Assembly (NCBI GenBank): GCA_043816185.1
Contig: JBDRIG010000002.1
Coordinates: 1-31,410, forward strand
Reading direction: 5' to 3'
From: Elusimicrobiota bacterium
GTDB lineage: Bacteria > Elusimicrobiota > UBA8919
Length of the DNA: 31,410 nucleotides
Made by a program: the position numbers and the translations under genes. This document shows, one piece after another, positions 9,171 through 18,426 of the stretch; the stretch's first letter is position 1; each line of letters starts with the position of its first letter. A model generated the notes under the pieces. It made no database searches, was not told where the DNA came from, and saw only the letters and a program-made list of their open reading frames with translations.

Positions 9171-10478
9171 ATGTTAAAAATTTATAATACACTTTCAAAG
9201 GAAAAAGAAGAATTTGTGCCACAAAAAGACAAACAAGTCAGTATGTATGTTTGTGGGATTACACCCTACGACGAGGTTCATCTTGGCCATGCGCGGTGTT
9301 ATATTGTTTTTGATGTCATTCGCAGATACCTAAAATATAAAGATTACATCGTAAAATATATTCAAAATTTTACAGATATAGACGATAAAATTATTAACAG
9401 AAGTAGGGAGTTGGGAGTTTATAGCTCGGAGTTGGCACAAAAATATATTGATGATTATTTTGTTCAGATGCGAAAACTGAATGTACAGGACGCAGATTCT
9501 TATCCGAGAGTAACTCAAAAAGTTCCAGAGATTATCGAATTTATAAAAAAAATTATTGATAATGGTTACGGTTATGTTGTCGAAAATGGAGATGTTTATT
9601 TTTCTGTCCGAAAATTTGATGGCTACGGAAAACTTTCAAAAAGAAATATTGATGATTTAAAAAGCGTGGCAAGGATTTTGCCGGGCGAAAGCAAAAAAGA
9701 TCCGCTGGATTTCGCTTTGTGGAAAAACGCAAAAGAAGGAGAATCATTTTGGGACAGCCCGTGGGGTAAAGGACGGCCTGGCTGGCATATCGAATGCTCG
9801 GCAATGTCGTTAAATGAGTTTGGTTTTGATACACTTGATATCCATGGTGGCGGTCAGGATTTGATTTTTCCGCATCATGAAAATGAAATTGCCCAGTCGG
9901 AAGCGGTGCTCGGAAAACAATTTGTAAGGTATTGGATTCACAACGGATTTGTAACCATAAATAAAGAAAAAATGTCAAAATCGCTCGGAAATTTTTTTAC
10001 TTTGAGAGAAATTTTTGAGAAATACGACCCGATGGTTGTCCGATATATGCTTTTAAGTCAGCATTACCGTCAGCCACTTGATTTTTCCGAGGATAAATTT
10101 GAACAGTCAAAAAGTGCATATCAAAGAATAGTAAATGCAGTTGAAAAAACTGGTGAAATAAAAGATAATATTTTAAGTGAACAAAAATTTGTAAGTTGTA
10201 TGGATGATGACTTCAATACCCCGCAGGCACTTGCGGTAATACATAATTTAGTTGATGAAAATAGTGCAAAAACGTTGCTAAGATTATGCGATATACTTGG
10301 TTTAATTGTAAATACAAAAATAGAAATTCCAGAGTTCATAATAAAATTGGTAGAGCAACGAGAACATGCACGGAAAGAAAAAAACTGGAAACTTTCTGAC
10401 GAAATAAGAGAAAAAATAAAAGAAGAAGGGTTTGAGGTTGAAGACACGAAGGCAGGTCCAAAAATAAAAAGTCAGTAG
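9171..10478 (+). CDS. cysS: Cysteine--tRNA ligase
   Basis: YVCGITPYD, HLGH, GRPGWHIECS, DIHGGGQDLIFPHHENE, KMSKS. Confidence 0.98.
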   Translation: MLKIYNTLSKEKEEFVPQKDKQVSMYVCGITPYDEVHLGHARCYIVFDVIRRYLKYKDYIVKYIQNFTDIDDKIINRSRELGVYSSELAQKYIDDYFVQMRKLNVQDADSYPRVTQKVPEIIEFIKKIIDNGYGYVVENGDVYFSVRKFDGYGKLSKRNIDDLKSVARILPGESKKDPLDFALWKNAKEGESFWDSPWGKGRPGWHIECSAMSLNEFGFDTLDIHGGGQDLIFPHHENEIAQSEAVLGKQFVRYWIHNGFVTINKEKMSKSLGNFFTLREIFEKYDPMVVRYMLLSQHYRQPLDFSEDKFEQSKSAYQRIVNAVEKTGEIKDNILSEQKFVSCMDDDFNTPQALAVIHNLVDENSAKTLLRLCDILGLIVNTKIEIPEFIIKLVEQREHARKEKNWKLSDEIREKIKEEGFEVEDTKAGPKIKSQ

Positions 10479-10515
10479 AGGTTCAACATGCAAAATCCTT
10501 GCGGTTGAAATATAC

Positions 10516-10556
10516 CCGACTTCAGTCGGTTGAAAGCCATTCCCACTAAAGTGGGG
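10516..10556. repeat. Two short GC-stem hairpins between cysS and rlmB
   Basis: CCGAC-TTCA-GTCGG (10516-10529) and CCCAC-TAAA-GTGGG (10542-10555); relatives at 25053-25125. Confidence 0.55.
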
Positions 10557-10575
10557 CGTAAAAAGGAAAAAAATT

Positions 10576-11301
10576 ATGAGTACTGAAATTATTTGTGGAA
10601 GGCATCCAATTCTTGAAGCACTAATAGCAGAACAGCGAAGCTTCAAAAAGATTTTAATTGCAAAAAAGTATGAAGGCGATATTGTCGACAAAATCATAGA
10701 TTTAGCGAGAAAAAAAAATATTCCCGTTCAGTTTGAAGACAGTAAAAAACTAATAGGGTATTCAAGTAACCATCAGGGCGTGGTTGCATTTGTTTCGCCA
10801 AAAGAGTACTGGCAATTTGATCGTCTCGTAAAATTGGTGGAAAAAAAAGAGAACCCTGTCGTTTGTATTCTCGACGAAATAGAAGACCCACAAAATCTCG
10901 GAAGTATTCTTCGTTCGGCTGTATGTTTTGGAATTGACGCAGTGATAATTCAAAGTAGGATGTCAGCCGGAATTTCAACAGGTACCGCTAAGGCATCGGC
11001 AGGTGCTATTGAGCATATTCCGATTGTGAAGGTCGTCAATATCGTTCAGTCGATGGAATCGCTCAAAAAAATTGGTTTCTGGATTTATGGTGCCGATATG
11101 CAGGGTGAAGTAATTTCTCAAAAAGAAATTAAAGATAAAATTGTTGTTATCATCGGTAATGAGGGAAGTGGTCTTCGTCATCTGACAAAAGAAAAATGCG
11201 ATTTTCTCATTAAAATTCCGATAGATAAAAAAATAGCTTCCTTGAACGCTGCAATGTCTGCTTCAATAATTTTTTACGAGATAAATAGACAGAAAGGATA
11301 A
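10576..11301 (+). CDS. rlmB: 23S rRNA (G2251-2'-O)-methyltransferase, TrmH/SPOUT family
   Basis: GRHPI, HQGVVA, LDEIEDPQNLGSILRS, GNEGSGL, SLNAAMS; usual position after cysS. Confidence 0.93.
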   Translation: MSTEIICGRHPILEALIAEQRSFKKILIAKKYEGDIVDKIIDLARKKNIPVQFEDSKKLIGYSSNHQGVVAFVSPKEYWQFDRLVKLVEKKENPVVCILDEIEDPQNLGSILRSAVCFGIDAVIIQSRMSAGISTGTAKASAGAIEHIPIVKVVNIVQSMESLKKIGFWIYGADMQGEVISQKEIKDKIVVIIGNEGSGLRHLTKEKCDFLIKIPIDKKIASLNAAMSASIIFYEINRQKG

Positions 11302-11402
11302 GTGGATATGGGATAGAAAATAGGGAATAGGGGCAGGATTAAGGATTAAGTTTTTTCTTAATTCTTACAACTTACCACTAACTTTTAAAGGAGGCAACAC
11401 AA

Positions 11403-14129
11403 ATGGCAAAAAAGTATGTGTATTTTTTTGGTAAAGGGAGTGCAGATGGAAATGAGAAGATGAAAAATCTTCTTGGTGGCAAAGGCGCAAATCTTGCTGA
11501 GATGGTAAAAATCGGACTTCCGGTTCCAGCAGGTTTCACGATTACTACTGATGTTTGTGTAGCATACTACAAAAACAAAAAAAAGTATCCGCCCGAGTTA
11601 AAAAAGCAAGTTGAAGCAGCACTTGTCAAAGTTGAAAAATTAATGGGTTACAAATTCGGCGATAAAGAAAATCCACTTTTGGTGTCCGTAAGAAGTGGCG
11701 CAAGAAAATCAATGCCAGGAATGATGGAAACAGTACTGAATGTTGGGCTTAATAACGAAACTCGTGAAGCGCTTATTAAAAAAACTGGTAATCCGCGTTT
11801 TGTCTATGATGCACATCGTCGACTTATTCAGATGTATTCGGATGTTGTGATGGAAAAAGCAGCTGGAATTGAGCCGAAAGAAGGTTGTGGAATTCGTCAG
11901 CAACTTGAAAAAGAACTTCATAAGATGAAACAAGAAAAAGGTGTGAAACAGGATACCGATTTGTCAGCAGATGACTTGAAAAAACTTGTTGAGATTTACA
12001 AATCAAAGATAAAAGAAGTACTCGGTAAGAATTTTCCTGAAGATCCGATGGAACAATTGTGGGGTGGAGTTGGTGCCGTGTTTCAGTCGTGGCAGGGCAA
12101 AAGAGCGATTTCTTATCGTCGGATAGAAAATATTCCGGATGAATGGGGAACTGCAGTAAATGTTCAAGCGATGGTTTTTGGAAATATGGGCGAGTCGTCG
12201 GCAACTGGTGTGGCTTTCACAAGAAATCCTGCAACTGGTGAAAAAGTTTTTTATGGTGAATGGCTTGTAAACGCACAGGGTGAGGATGTCGTCGCTGGTA
12301 TCAGAACTCCAAATCCGATAAACGAAGAAGGAAAGACGGAACAAAATAAAAAATTTCAGTCACTCGAAACATCAATGCCAGAACTTTACAAACAACTTTA
12401 TGTATTTCAGAAGAAACTTGAAAATCACTATCGGGACATGCAAGATATTGAATTTACGATTCAGGAAGGAAAACTTTGGATGTTGCAGTGTCGAGTAGGA
12501 AAAAGAACTGGCCCTGCTGCTATTAGAATAGCAGTTGATATGATAAAGGAAAAATTGATTACGAAGGATATGGCAGTGATGCGTGTAACGCCGTCTCAAC
12601 TTGACGAATTTTTACATCCAATCATTGACCCTGCTTCCGAAAAAAATTCAAAGCCGATAGCAAAGGGACTTCCAGCTGGTCCAGGTGGTGCGACCGGAAT
12701 GATTGTTTTTTCTGCGAACGATGCGGTTGCATGGAGAAAAAACGGGAAGGATGTTATTTTAGTTCGTGAAGAAACCAATCCTGAAGATGTTGAAGGTATG
12801 CGTGCTGCAAATGCAATTTTAACTGCGCGTGGTGGAATGACATCTCATGCTGCACTTGTTGCTCGTGGCTGGGGAAAATGTTGTGTCGTCGGTGCAGGAG
12901 AACTTCATGTTGATTATAAGGAGAAGACGTTGAAAGTTGCCGACACAGATATTGTGTTAAAGGAAGGCGATTGGATAACTCTCAATGGTTCGATGGGCTA
13001 TATCTATAAAGGGCAACTTCCGATGATAAAATCCGCTGGTGAAAATCCGTATTTTATTGAGTTTATAAAAATATGCGATTCAATAAGAAAGTTAGGTGTA
13101 AGAACAAATGCCGATACGCCCGAGGATGCAAAAAAAGCGAGAACTTTTGGTGCAGAGGGAATTGGGCTTTTTAGAACCGAGCATATGTTTTATGGAAAAG
13201 GTTCGGAGCAGCCGTTGTTTTTACTCAGAAAAATGATAATTTCTGGTACACTCGAAGAAAGGAAAAAAGCACTTTCTGAACTTTTCCCGTTCGTTAAAAA
13301 CGACATCAAAGGTACGCTTGCAGCGATGGAAGGTTTTCCAGTAGTTATCCGTTTATTAGATCCGCCGCTTCACGAATTTGTTCCCAAAGGAAGCGAAGAA
13401 AGGAAAAAACTTGCAGATGCGATTGGAATATCCGACGAAGAGTTTAACAAAAGAGCCGACGCTTTGCACGAATCAAATCCGATGATGGGACACCGCGGTG
13501 TTCGTCTGGGAATCACATATCCAGAAATTACAGAGATGCAGGTTCGTGCGATTCTTGAGGCGTCGGCGGAATTAATAAAAAATGGTAAAAAAATTATTCC
13601 GGAAATTATGATTCCTGTGGTTGGAACCGTCAACGAGTTACAAAATCAAAAAGAAATCGTTGAGAAAATTTACGGTGAAGTGCTGAAAAAATTTGGCATA
13701 AAAAAAATCCCGTATCTATTCGGTACGATGATTGAAATTCCGAGAGCGTCTTTAACGGCTGGAAAAATCGCCGAGGTTTCCGAATTTTTCTCTTTTGGAA
13801 CGAATGATTTAACCCAGATGGGATTCGGTTTTTCCAGAGATGATATTGGCGGATTTATGCCAGATTATTTAGAAAAAAAAATTCTTCCCTGTGATCCATT
13901 TGCGACGATTGATTTTGAAGGTATAGGTGAATTGATAAAAATCGGTATCGAGAGAGGCAGGAAAACCAAAAAAAATCTTGAAGTGGGAATCTGTGGCGAG
14001 CATGGTGGAGATCCTGAGTCGGTAAAATTTTGCCATCGTGTGAAAATAGACTACGTTTCCTGTTCGCCGTTCAGGGTTCCAATTGCAAAACTTGCTGCTG
14101 CTCAGGTGGTTATAGAGGAAAAAAAATAA
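11403..14129 (+). CDS. ppdK: Pyruvate, phosphate dikinase
   Basis: LLGGKGANLAEM, SVRSGA, GGMTSHAA phospho-His motif, GICGEHGG, VSCSPFRVP. Confidence 0.98.
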   Translation: MAKKYVYFFGKGSADGNEKMKNLLGGKGANLAEMVKIGLPVPAGFTITTDVCVAYYKNKKKYPPELKKQVEAALVKVEKLMGYKFGDKENPLLVSVRSGARKSMPGMMETVLNVGLNNETREALIKKTGNPRFVYDAHRRLIQMYSDVVMEKAAGIEPKEGCGIRQQLEKELHKMKQEKGVKQDTDLSADDLKKLVEIYKSKIKEVLGKNFPEDPMEQLWGGVGAVFQSWQGKRAISYRRIENIPDEWGTAVNVQAMVFGNMGESSATGVAFTRNPATGEKVFYGEWLVNAQGEDVVAGIRTPNPINEEGKTEQNKKFQSLETSMPELYKQLYVFQKKLENHYRDMQDIEFTIQEGKLWMLQCRVGKRTGPAAIRIAVDMIKEKLITKDMAVMRVTPSQLDEFLHPIIDPASEKNSKPIAKGLPAGPGGATGMIVFSANDAVAWRKNGKDVILVREETNPEDVEGMRAANAILTARGGMTSHAALVARGWGKCCVVGAGELHVDYKEKTLKVADTDIVLKEGDWITLNGSMGYIYKGQLPMIKSAGENPYFIEFIKICDSIRKLGVRTNADTPEDAKKARTFGAEGIGLFRTEHMFYGKGSEQPLFLLRKMIISGTLEERKKALSELFPFVKNDIKGTLAAMEGFPVVIRLLDPPLHEFVPKGSEERKKLADAIGISDEEFNKRADALHESNPMMGHRGVRLGITYPEITEMQVRAILEASAELIKNGKKIIPEIMIPVVGTVNELQNQKEIVEKIYGEVLKKFGIKKIPYLFGTMIEIPRASLTAGKIAEVSEFFSFGTNDLTQMGFGFSRDDIGGFMPDYLEKKILPCDPFATIDFEGIGELIKIGIERGRKTKKNLEVGICGEHGGDPESVKFCHRVKIDYVSCSPFRVPIAKLAAAQVVIEEKK

Positions 14130-14188
14130 TGAAGATCGTCGTATTCGCCAAAATATAGAATTAATATATTACTGTCGAATGCACAGAT

Positions 14189-14288
14189 GAGACTGTGTCA
14201 CAACTCCACTTTTGGTTGTTGCGAGAGTCGATGGCACATCGGGTCGTGGCAATCTCAAGTTGGGGAATTTCTATTGTGATACAGTCTC
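14189..14288. mobile_element. MITE-like element copy 2 (100 bp)
   Basis: Ends GAGACTGTGTCACAA / TTGTGATACAGTCTC (14/15 inverted match); flanked by direct AGAT (14185-14188 and 14289-14292). Confidence 0.8.
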
Positions 14289-14375
14289 AGATGTTGGTTA
14301 TGTAATATTTACTCGAGTAGTAAATTGTAAACATATGTTTTCTTAATCTCTAAATAACAATTCTTGAAAAAATAC

Positions 14376-14404
14376 TTGACAAAAAAAATAATTTTTGATA
14401 TAAA
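14376..14404 (+). promoter_or_regulatory. Sigma-70-type promoter for the FliFG-MotAB locus
   Basis: TTGACA (14376-14381), 17-bp spacer, TATAAA (14399-14404) with TG at the extended -10 position; AAGGAG before ATG 14458. Confidence 0.7.
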
Positions 14405-14457
14405 TAAATGTGTACTAAATGTAGGAGATAAAATTTGTAACAAGGAGATATAGTTCA

Positions 14458-16362
14458 ATGCTAAAGTTTTGCAATCGCTTATTATTCTTGTGTGTTGTAT
14501 TGTTTACATTTGTTGTATTTAATTTAGCGACGGATTTATGTGCGCAATTCTCATCACCAGAGCAGGATGTAGAACTTACTCGCAGGGAAAATGCTGTTTC
14601 TGAAAAAATTCAATCGCAACTCGAAGAACTCTTAGGTAATTATTATAAAAAGGAATCGTTTGTGATTGATGTAAAGTCAAAGCTCGAGAGAATACCTGTA
14701 AGAGAAAAGTCTCCAAAAGCGAAAAAAGTAGAAAAAGAAGAGAAAGAAGAAATTGAGTTGCCAGGTCTACCCGTAGTTTTACCACCAGAAATTGTTGACG
14801 AAGGAGATGAAAAAGAAAAATTTGACATTGATCAATGGATATTTTCTGACAAAATTAGAATTAAATATCTGGAAATATCGATTTTATTGGACGAGAAAAT
14901 TTTTTTAAATAAAGACGAAGATTTAGATTTTATAAAAATGGTTTCAAGAGCAAGAGCAAAGCTCGATGAAAGTAGGGGAGATAGCTTAATTATAAAAGCA
15001 ATACCTTTTCCACAGCCCATTGAAACATTAAATACAACAGCAGTAAAAGAATCGACAGAACCAACAAAACTCAAAGAATCCAAAAATCCGTTACTTACGC
15101 TGCGTCCATATCTATTGTATGGTTGTATAGTTCTAATGTTGTTACTCATCGCAATTGTTTTATTGCAAGTAATAAATATCTCTAAGATGAAAAAAGTATT
15201 GCAAGATGTGTTTTTGCAACTTGGGCTTCCACAAGCATCAAAGACCCAAACTGATAAAATTCAATTATCTGAAAAACAATCACAAAAAATACCTGTTGTT
15301 AATAAATTAGAAACACTAAACGGGCAAAAGAACGGGCAAAAAATTTTTTTTAATGAGTTGAAGCAATTTGTGGTTAATGCAATTATCGGTAATCCACAAT
15401 TGGCGAGTGAGATATTTAAGAAGTGGGTTGACACAAATAAAGACGATGGCGTGCATCAATTTGCTGAATTATTGAAGGCAACTGACCCACAACTTGTAAA
15501 AATGCTTTCCGAATATATTACCGATCAAAATATTATATCAAGCGTTGAGCATACTATAAATCAAGATGTTCCAATTGATGAAAAAGTCGTTGTAGAAATT
15601 TTTAAAAGGTTTAGGGAATCCTTCAGAGAAAAAGAGACATCAAAATCGGCAAAAACTAAATTTAACGAAGAGGAAAGTATGTTTCAATTTTTGAAACAGA
15701 TTACGCCTGAACAAATATTCCATATTATCAAAGATGAACCCGTTACCATTATTGCAATAGTATTAGCACAATTATCGCCAGAAGTTGCAAATTCTTTGCT
15801 TGTTGGTTTACCGATAGAAAAACAATCGAGAATCCCTGTTGAAATGGCTAAACTTAAAAAAGTACCCATATCTGCATATAGGGAGATAGCAGACAAACTT
15901 GCAAAAAAAGCACTGGAAGTTGAAAAAATTAAATATGTGGCAACCGATGGCGTTGAAGCATTAATAAATATGTTGGAACAATCGTCGCCAGAAAAAGAAC
16001 AGGAAATACTTACATCTATATTAGAATATGATATTATGATTGCAAAGGAACTTCGCAAAATTTATATTACATTTGAAGAAATTTGTAAACTACCTGATAG
16101 ATTTCTATCAGAACTGTTCCGAGAATTTAATCGTGACGTAGTGATAAAAGCATTAGTTGGATCGTCCATGAAAATAAGAGAGAAAGTTTTGAATAACCTA
16201 CCACCACGGATAAAAATAGTTGTAGCTGACGAATTAAAAATAATTGAAGAATCTGGTGAAGTGCAGACAGAAGAAATTCAAAAGGCTCAAAAAACGATAA
16301 CCCAAAAAATTCGTGAGTTGGCAAAAACTGGTAAGATAGACCTGAAAAAACTCATGAGTTAA
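14458..16362 (+). CDS. fliG: FliF(RBM3-TM-C tail)-FliG fusion protein, putative rotor ring
   Basis: N-terminal hydrophobic signal/TM; FliF-like IKYLEISILLD..LDESRGDSLIIKAIPF; TM at about aa 218-240; FliF-tail-like NPQLASEIFKKW; FliG-M-like FQFLK..EPVTIIAIVLAQL; FliG-C-like ITFEEICKLPDR..KALVGSS..REKVLNNLPPR..AQKTITQKIRELAKTGKI. Confidence 0.82.
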   Translation: MLKFCNRLLFLCVVLFTFVVFNLATDLCAQFSSPEQDVELTRRENAVSEKIQSQLEELLGNYYKKESFVIDVKSKLERIPVREKSPKAKKVEKEEKEEIELPGLPVVLPPEIVDEGDEKEKFDIDQWIFSDKIRIKYLEISILLDEKIFLNKDEDLDFIKMVSRARAKLDESRGDSLIIKAIPFPQPIETLNTTAVKESTEPTKLKESKNPLLTLRPYLLYGCIVLMLLLIAIVLLQVINISKMKKVLQDVFLQLGLPQASKTQTDKIQLSEKQSQKIPVVNKLETLNGQKNGQKIFFNELKQFVVNAIIGNPQLASEIFKKWVDTNKDDGVHQFAELLKATDPQLVKMLSEYITDQNIISSVEHTINQDVPIDEKVVVEIFKRFRESFREKETSKSAKTKFNEEESMFQFLKQITPEQIFHIIKDEPVTIIAIVLAQLSPEVANSLLVGLPIEKQSRIPVEMAKLKKVPISAYREIADKLAKKALEVEKIKYVATDGVEALINMLEQSSPEKEQEILTSILEYDIMIAKELRKIYITFEEICKLPDRFLSELFREFNRDVVIKALVGSSMKIREKVLNNLPPRIKIVVADELKIIEESGEVQTEEIQKAQKTITQKIRELAKTGKIDLKKLMS

Positions 16363-16412
16363 AAAGATTTCCAATAATGTTTTGATTAGATAGTATTTAA
16401 AGGAGAGAAATT

Positions 16413-17486
16413 ATGAATCATTTAAAAAAAATATTTGCAGTTTTTTTGTTAATGAGTGTTGTTTTGTGCGAAACAACATTTGCGAGGAATCTAGTTAATG
16501 ATGATGAAATTATTGAAGCGTTAGAAACGTCTTTAGCCACCTTACCTACCAAAATTACTAGACTTAAATCTGAAGTAAGACGAATTAATTTTTATTCTAT
16601 ACGAGTAGATAGAGAGGATATTTCACAACAACTCCTTGAACAAATTCAAGGTAAGATAGAGTCAGCATTTCTTAAAATAGGAAGACCAATTTTAGTATTT
16701 ACACCAGAAATAAAACCAATGAAAATTATCTCAACAGAGGAGGGTATCAATTTTGCATCTGGATTTCGGTCGACAAGTGAGATAAAAGAGATTTCAGAAA
16801 AACTTAAATTAGATGGATTTTTGAAGGGAGAACTGATTTTAACTGGGAATAATATGTTCTTGAACTTGCGAATATTTGAGTCCAACTCTATGGCGGTTGT
16901 CTGGAGCGAAGAATTTTCAACCGTAACAGTGCCAGATTCAAAATTTACGGGTATTGATTTTGGATTTGGTGTTGCAGGATTACTTCTCTCAGAAACGCCA
17001 ACAAGTATAGGTGCCGACATTCCACAATACGCAGATTATTATATCGCCGATATAAGAATTACCCAGAAAACACCTGTTGGTGAAAAAATGAGGTTTGTAC
17101 TAAACGGTGGAGTTCTTTGTCTCAACGACGGCATAAAATCATCGCTTTCAACTATTGTTTCTTCCGAAAAAAATTTTGGGTCGTTTAGTTTCATTCTTAG
17201 AACTGGAATAAGAGTTTCCATTATTCCTATACTTATGCAGGAAGCGGGTCCAAAAAGAGACTGGTTGGCAACAGAAATAACCTTTGGTAGAATTTTTGGT
17301 GCTGGAACTAATGGTTTAAGCACATTAGGAATAAAAGCGGAATCAAATATTGCAAAAGATATTTCCATTACCTTCGGCGTTTCGTTTATCCCAATAACAA
17401 AAGTTTCCTTTGCAACTGGTAAGGAAGTAAATGTAGGGGGTTTTTCATATGAAATATCGCTCTTGCGGTTTAATTTTATGCCTTAG
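16413..17486 (+). CDS. Exported hypothetical protein; putative CsgG/FlgO/LpoB-like alpha/beta domain plus C-terminal outer-membrane beta-barrel-like region
   Basis: Signal peptide ending TFA; LKLDGFLKGEL..LNLRIFESNSMAVVWS; Gly-rich alternating strands ending ..EISLLRFNFMP; AGGAG RBS. Confidence 0.65.
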   Translation: MNHLKKIFAVFLLMSVVLCETTFARNLVNDDEIIEALETSLATLPTKITRLKSEVRRINFYSIRVDREDISQQLLEQIQGKIESAFLKIGRPILVFTPEIKPMKIISTEEGINFASGFRSTSEIKEISEKLKLDGFLKGELILTGNNMFLNLRIFESNSMAVVWSEEFSTVTVPDSKFTGIDFGFGVAGLLLSETPTSIGADIPQYADYYIADIRITQKTPVGEKMRFVLNGGVLCLNDGIKSSLSTIVSSEKNFGSFSFILRTGIRVSIIPILMQEAGPKRDWLATEITFGRIFGAGTNGLSTLGIKAESNIAKDISITFGVSFIPITKVSFATGKEVNVGGFSYEISLLRFNFMP

Positions 17487-18426
17487 TAGTATTGCGTTTT
17501 TTACATTGGTTTATGCCGAAGAACAACCCAAAACAGGTACGGCTGCAATAAAAGAATTACCATCAAAAGAATTGTCGTCTGACCAAAAAAATTCTAACTA
17601 TCAAGACACATTAGAAATTTTAAAGAAATTAACGGAACAATATAAATTTCTCTCTACTAAAATTGATATACTCGCTACTAATTATAAAAGCCTGTGTGAA
17701 GATTTTTCTGTAATTGTAAGTTCTTTTACAGATTTGTCGTATCAGGAAAATACAACAAGATCGTTAGTAGCACTGTCTGAAAGTTACACCAATTTGAACA
17801 GTCGTATTGCTAAACTTTCTAAAAAAGTTGATGAGCTTTCATATGCTCAAAGTGACAGTAGAAATAAAGAATTAGAATCGAGCGGCGAGAAAAATGATGG
17901 GGAATCTGACGACAAAAAATCAAAATATGTAGCAAGAAAAAGTGGTCCGATATCACAATATGTTAAAATAAAATCTAAAGATGACGGGCGAGAAATAGAA
18001 TTATGTCTTGATCCTGCATACGTAGATATGAATATTGATTTCACTCGGAAAACACCAAATACAACGACAAGACAGGAAGAAACAAAAGACGTGGAAGATA
18101 TAGTAAGTGATGTTGTAAAATCTGTAGAACGTTCGTTACAGGAAAAATTACCGAAAAAACAACAAGAAACAACTAATCAGCAAGCTATCGGTAAACTACA
18201 TAAAGCACAAAAACTTTATTATGCGAAAAAATATAATGCTGCAATGGATGCAGTACAGCTGTCTTTAGAAAATCAGGAAACAGCAGTTGGTTATGCGCTG
18301 AAAGGTTCGCTATATTTTACGCTTGGCGATGTTGATTCGGCGATAATATGTTGGGAATCTGCATTACAATTAGATCCAACAATGGAAGAAGTAAAAACAG
18401 CAATTTATAAATTTAAGAGGCGATAA
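17449..18426 (+). CDS. Exported coiled-coil plus C-terminal TPR protein
   Basis: Signal-like N-terminus ending VYA-EE; heptad-rich segment; AQKLYYAKKYNAAM..GYALKGSLYFTLGDVDSAIICWESALQLDP TPR pattern. Confidence 0.8.
   Translation: MKYRSCGLILCLSSIAFFTLVYAEEQPKTGTAAIKELPSKELSSDQKNSNYQDTLEILKKLTEQYKFLSTKIDILATNYKSLCEDFSVIVSSFTDLSYQENTTRSLVALSESYTNLNSRIAKLSKKVDELSYAQSDSRNKELESSGEKNDGESDDKKSKYVARKSGPISQYVKIKSKDDGREIELCLDPAYVDMNIDFTRKTPNTTTRQEETKDVEDIVSDVVKSVERSLQEKLPKKQQETTNQQAIGKLHKAQKLYYAKKYNAAMDAVQLSLENQETAVGYALKGSLYFTLGDVDSAIICWESALQLDPTMEEVKTAIYKFKRR

Noticed and set aside
14458..16362. MgtE N-terminal domain protein rather than FliG
   Set aside because: MgtE-N is related to FliG, but the protein also has FliF-like motifs and the FliG-C terminal helices, has no CBS or MgtE membrane domain, and lies next to motAB
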